Part shown: one piece after another, positions 62,223-62,880 of the stretch
Position numbering within the stretch: the stretch's first letter is position 1
Layout: every line of letters starts with the position of its first letter
Source of the DNA: an uncultured Dehalococcoidales bacterium
GTDB lineage: Bacteria; Chloroflexota; Dehalococcoidia; GIF9; UBA5629
DNA: 62,880 nucleotides
Assembly: GCA_964616785.1 (NCBI GenBank)
Contig: CAZTRR010000002.1
Location: 2,863-65,742, forward strand
Reading direction: 5' to 3'
The notes under the pieces: model-generated
Seen by the model: only the letters and a program-made list of their open reading frames with translations
Database searches by the model: none
What the model was told of the DNA's origin: nothing
Translations under genes and position numbers: made by a program

Positions 62223-62880
62223 TCAGGGCTTGAAATCGCCGTATTTGGTTCCGTAGGGAATGTGTCCGCCTTCACCGGGTATATCCAGCATCGCTTGTGG
62301 AATTCTGCTGAACGTCAGCCGGTTTCCGCTTATTGTTACAGCGGCCGTACCACCAGCTAAGTGTACCTCTATTTCATCTCCGGCGTCAACCTTGCGGTAT
62401 CATATATTCAGGACTGGCAGTCTCCGGTTTATGGCGTTCCTGAAGAAGATGTGGGCGACTGGCTTGGCTAGAACCGCACTGACGCCCGACATCTTGATGA
62501 CCAGCGGAGCATGTTCCCGGCTGGAGCCTATTCTTGTAGCGAATGCTCCCAGCCCGCCAGCGGTTGCCGTGTGGAAATCAGAACCGATGATAAGGTCTCC
62601 CGGGCTGGCCAACGCTTCGGCCACCAGCCTATGGCATATCCCGTTGCTGCCCTCGAAAAGCAAACAAGGTTTTCCTGGGCAAAGTGACGCAGGACTTGAT
62701 GGTCATTCGACGATTCTCGGTTGGGGCTAGGTTCAGCGTAGTCAAGGAAGACGCTGGTTGCCTGTAGCTTGGCTAAACGACTGTGTCCGCTTTCTCGGAA
62801 GTGCCGTATGGTAAGGGGGCCGGTCGTGTCTTGAACGAAAGCTCAGTCTATTGGTGCGACGATTGTGTCTCCAGCTCGGG
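62223..62880 (-). pseudogene. decayed aconitase-family dehydratase large+small subunit (LeuC/LeuD-like) remnant; runs off the window
   Basis: Minus-strand frames read AGDTIVAPID*AFVQDTTGPLTIRHF...VFLDYAEPSPN..., then after a frameshift [11 protein letters not shown]...[21 protein letters not shown], joined directly to the LeuD-like SREHAP...[16 protein letters not shown], then ...DAGDEIEVHL...GEGGHIPY. Confidence 0.65.

Noticed and set aside
1-62880. CRISPR arrays, tRNA/rRNA genes, transposases, integrases, toxin-antitoxin pairs and recognisable defence-system genes.
   Set aside because: I saw no spaced direct repeats, no cloverleaf-like or rRNA-like segments in intergenic gaps, and no nuclease, helicase or recombinase-like ORFs. 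This rests on visual inspection only, so small or degenerate elements could have been missed.

Overview
Gene-dense 62.9-kb chromosomal window with about 72 CDS. I recognised no rRNA, tRNA, CRISPR array, transposase or integrase. Most genes have GGAGG-type Shine-Dalgarno (SD) sites, but several look leaderless. The gene content suggests an anaerobic or microaerophilic, possibly Chloroflexota-like bacterium; this is inference only, since no marker RNA is present.

Gene order:
- 130-6154: two diverged 4-hydroxybutyryl-CoA-dehydratase-family paralogs flanking a crotonase and a FadH/OYE-like reductase.
- 7217-9667: leuS.
- 9.7-17.0 kb: an accessory, partly low-GC island built around a B12-binding radical SAM (rSAM) enzyme, a second rSAM with a SPASM/twitch-like tail, an MBL hydrolase, a ClpP-like peptidase, two paralogous Cys-motif membrane proteins and a methyltransferase.
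- 17.0-18.5 kb: yggS-proC.
- 18.6-24.7 kb: a sugar-tailoring-like locus with 3 SAM methyltransferases, an (alpha/alpha)6-repeat protein and a tandem GT4 pair.
- 25.0-26.5 kb: ferredoxin-coaD-rsmD.
- 26.6-37.2 kb: an 11-subunit nuo operon without nuoEFG, interrupted by a 64-aa DUF2007-like gene, a REP-like inverted repeat and a NUDIX gene.
- 38.3-51.9 kb: a TetR-headed block with a Liv-type ABC transporter carrying an embedded acyl-CoA ligase, a corrinoid protein, two UROD-family methyltransferases, a RACo-type activase and a crotonase.
- 52.1-55.0 kb: a MetH-activation-domain-like protein, then nadK, a GNAT and a NUDIX gene.
- 55.7-61.9 kb (minus strand): malic enzyme, fumarase alpha, sdhA-C-D-B, fumarase beta.
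- 61.9-62.9 kb: decayed remnants of an aconitase-family dehydratase (LeuC/LeuD-like) and an isocitrate/isopropylmalate-dehydrogenase-like gene.

The candidates I consider most worth follow-up are the radical-SAM island with its shared 5' motif, the methyltransferase/GT4/(alpha/alpha)6 locus, the non-canonical inserts in the nuo operon, the transporter-ligase-corrinoid supercluster and the pseudogene graveyard. All functional calls rest on by-eye motif and family recognition. No database search was run.
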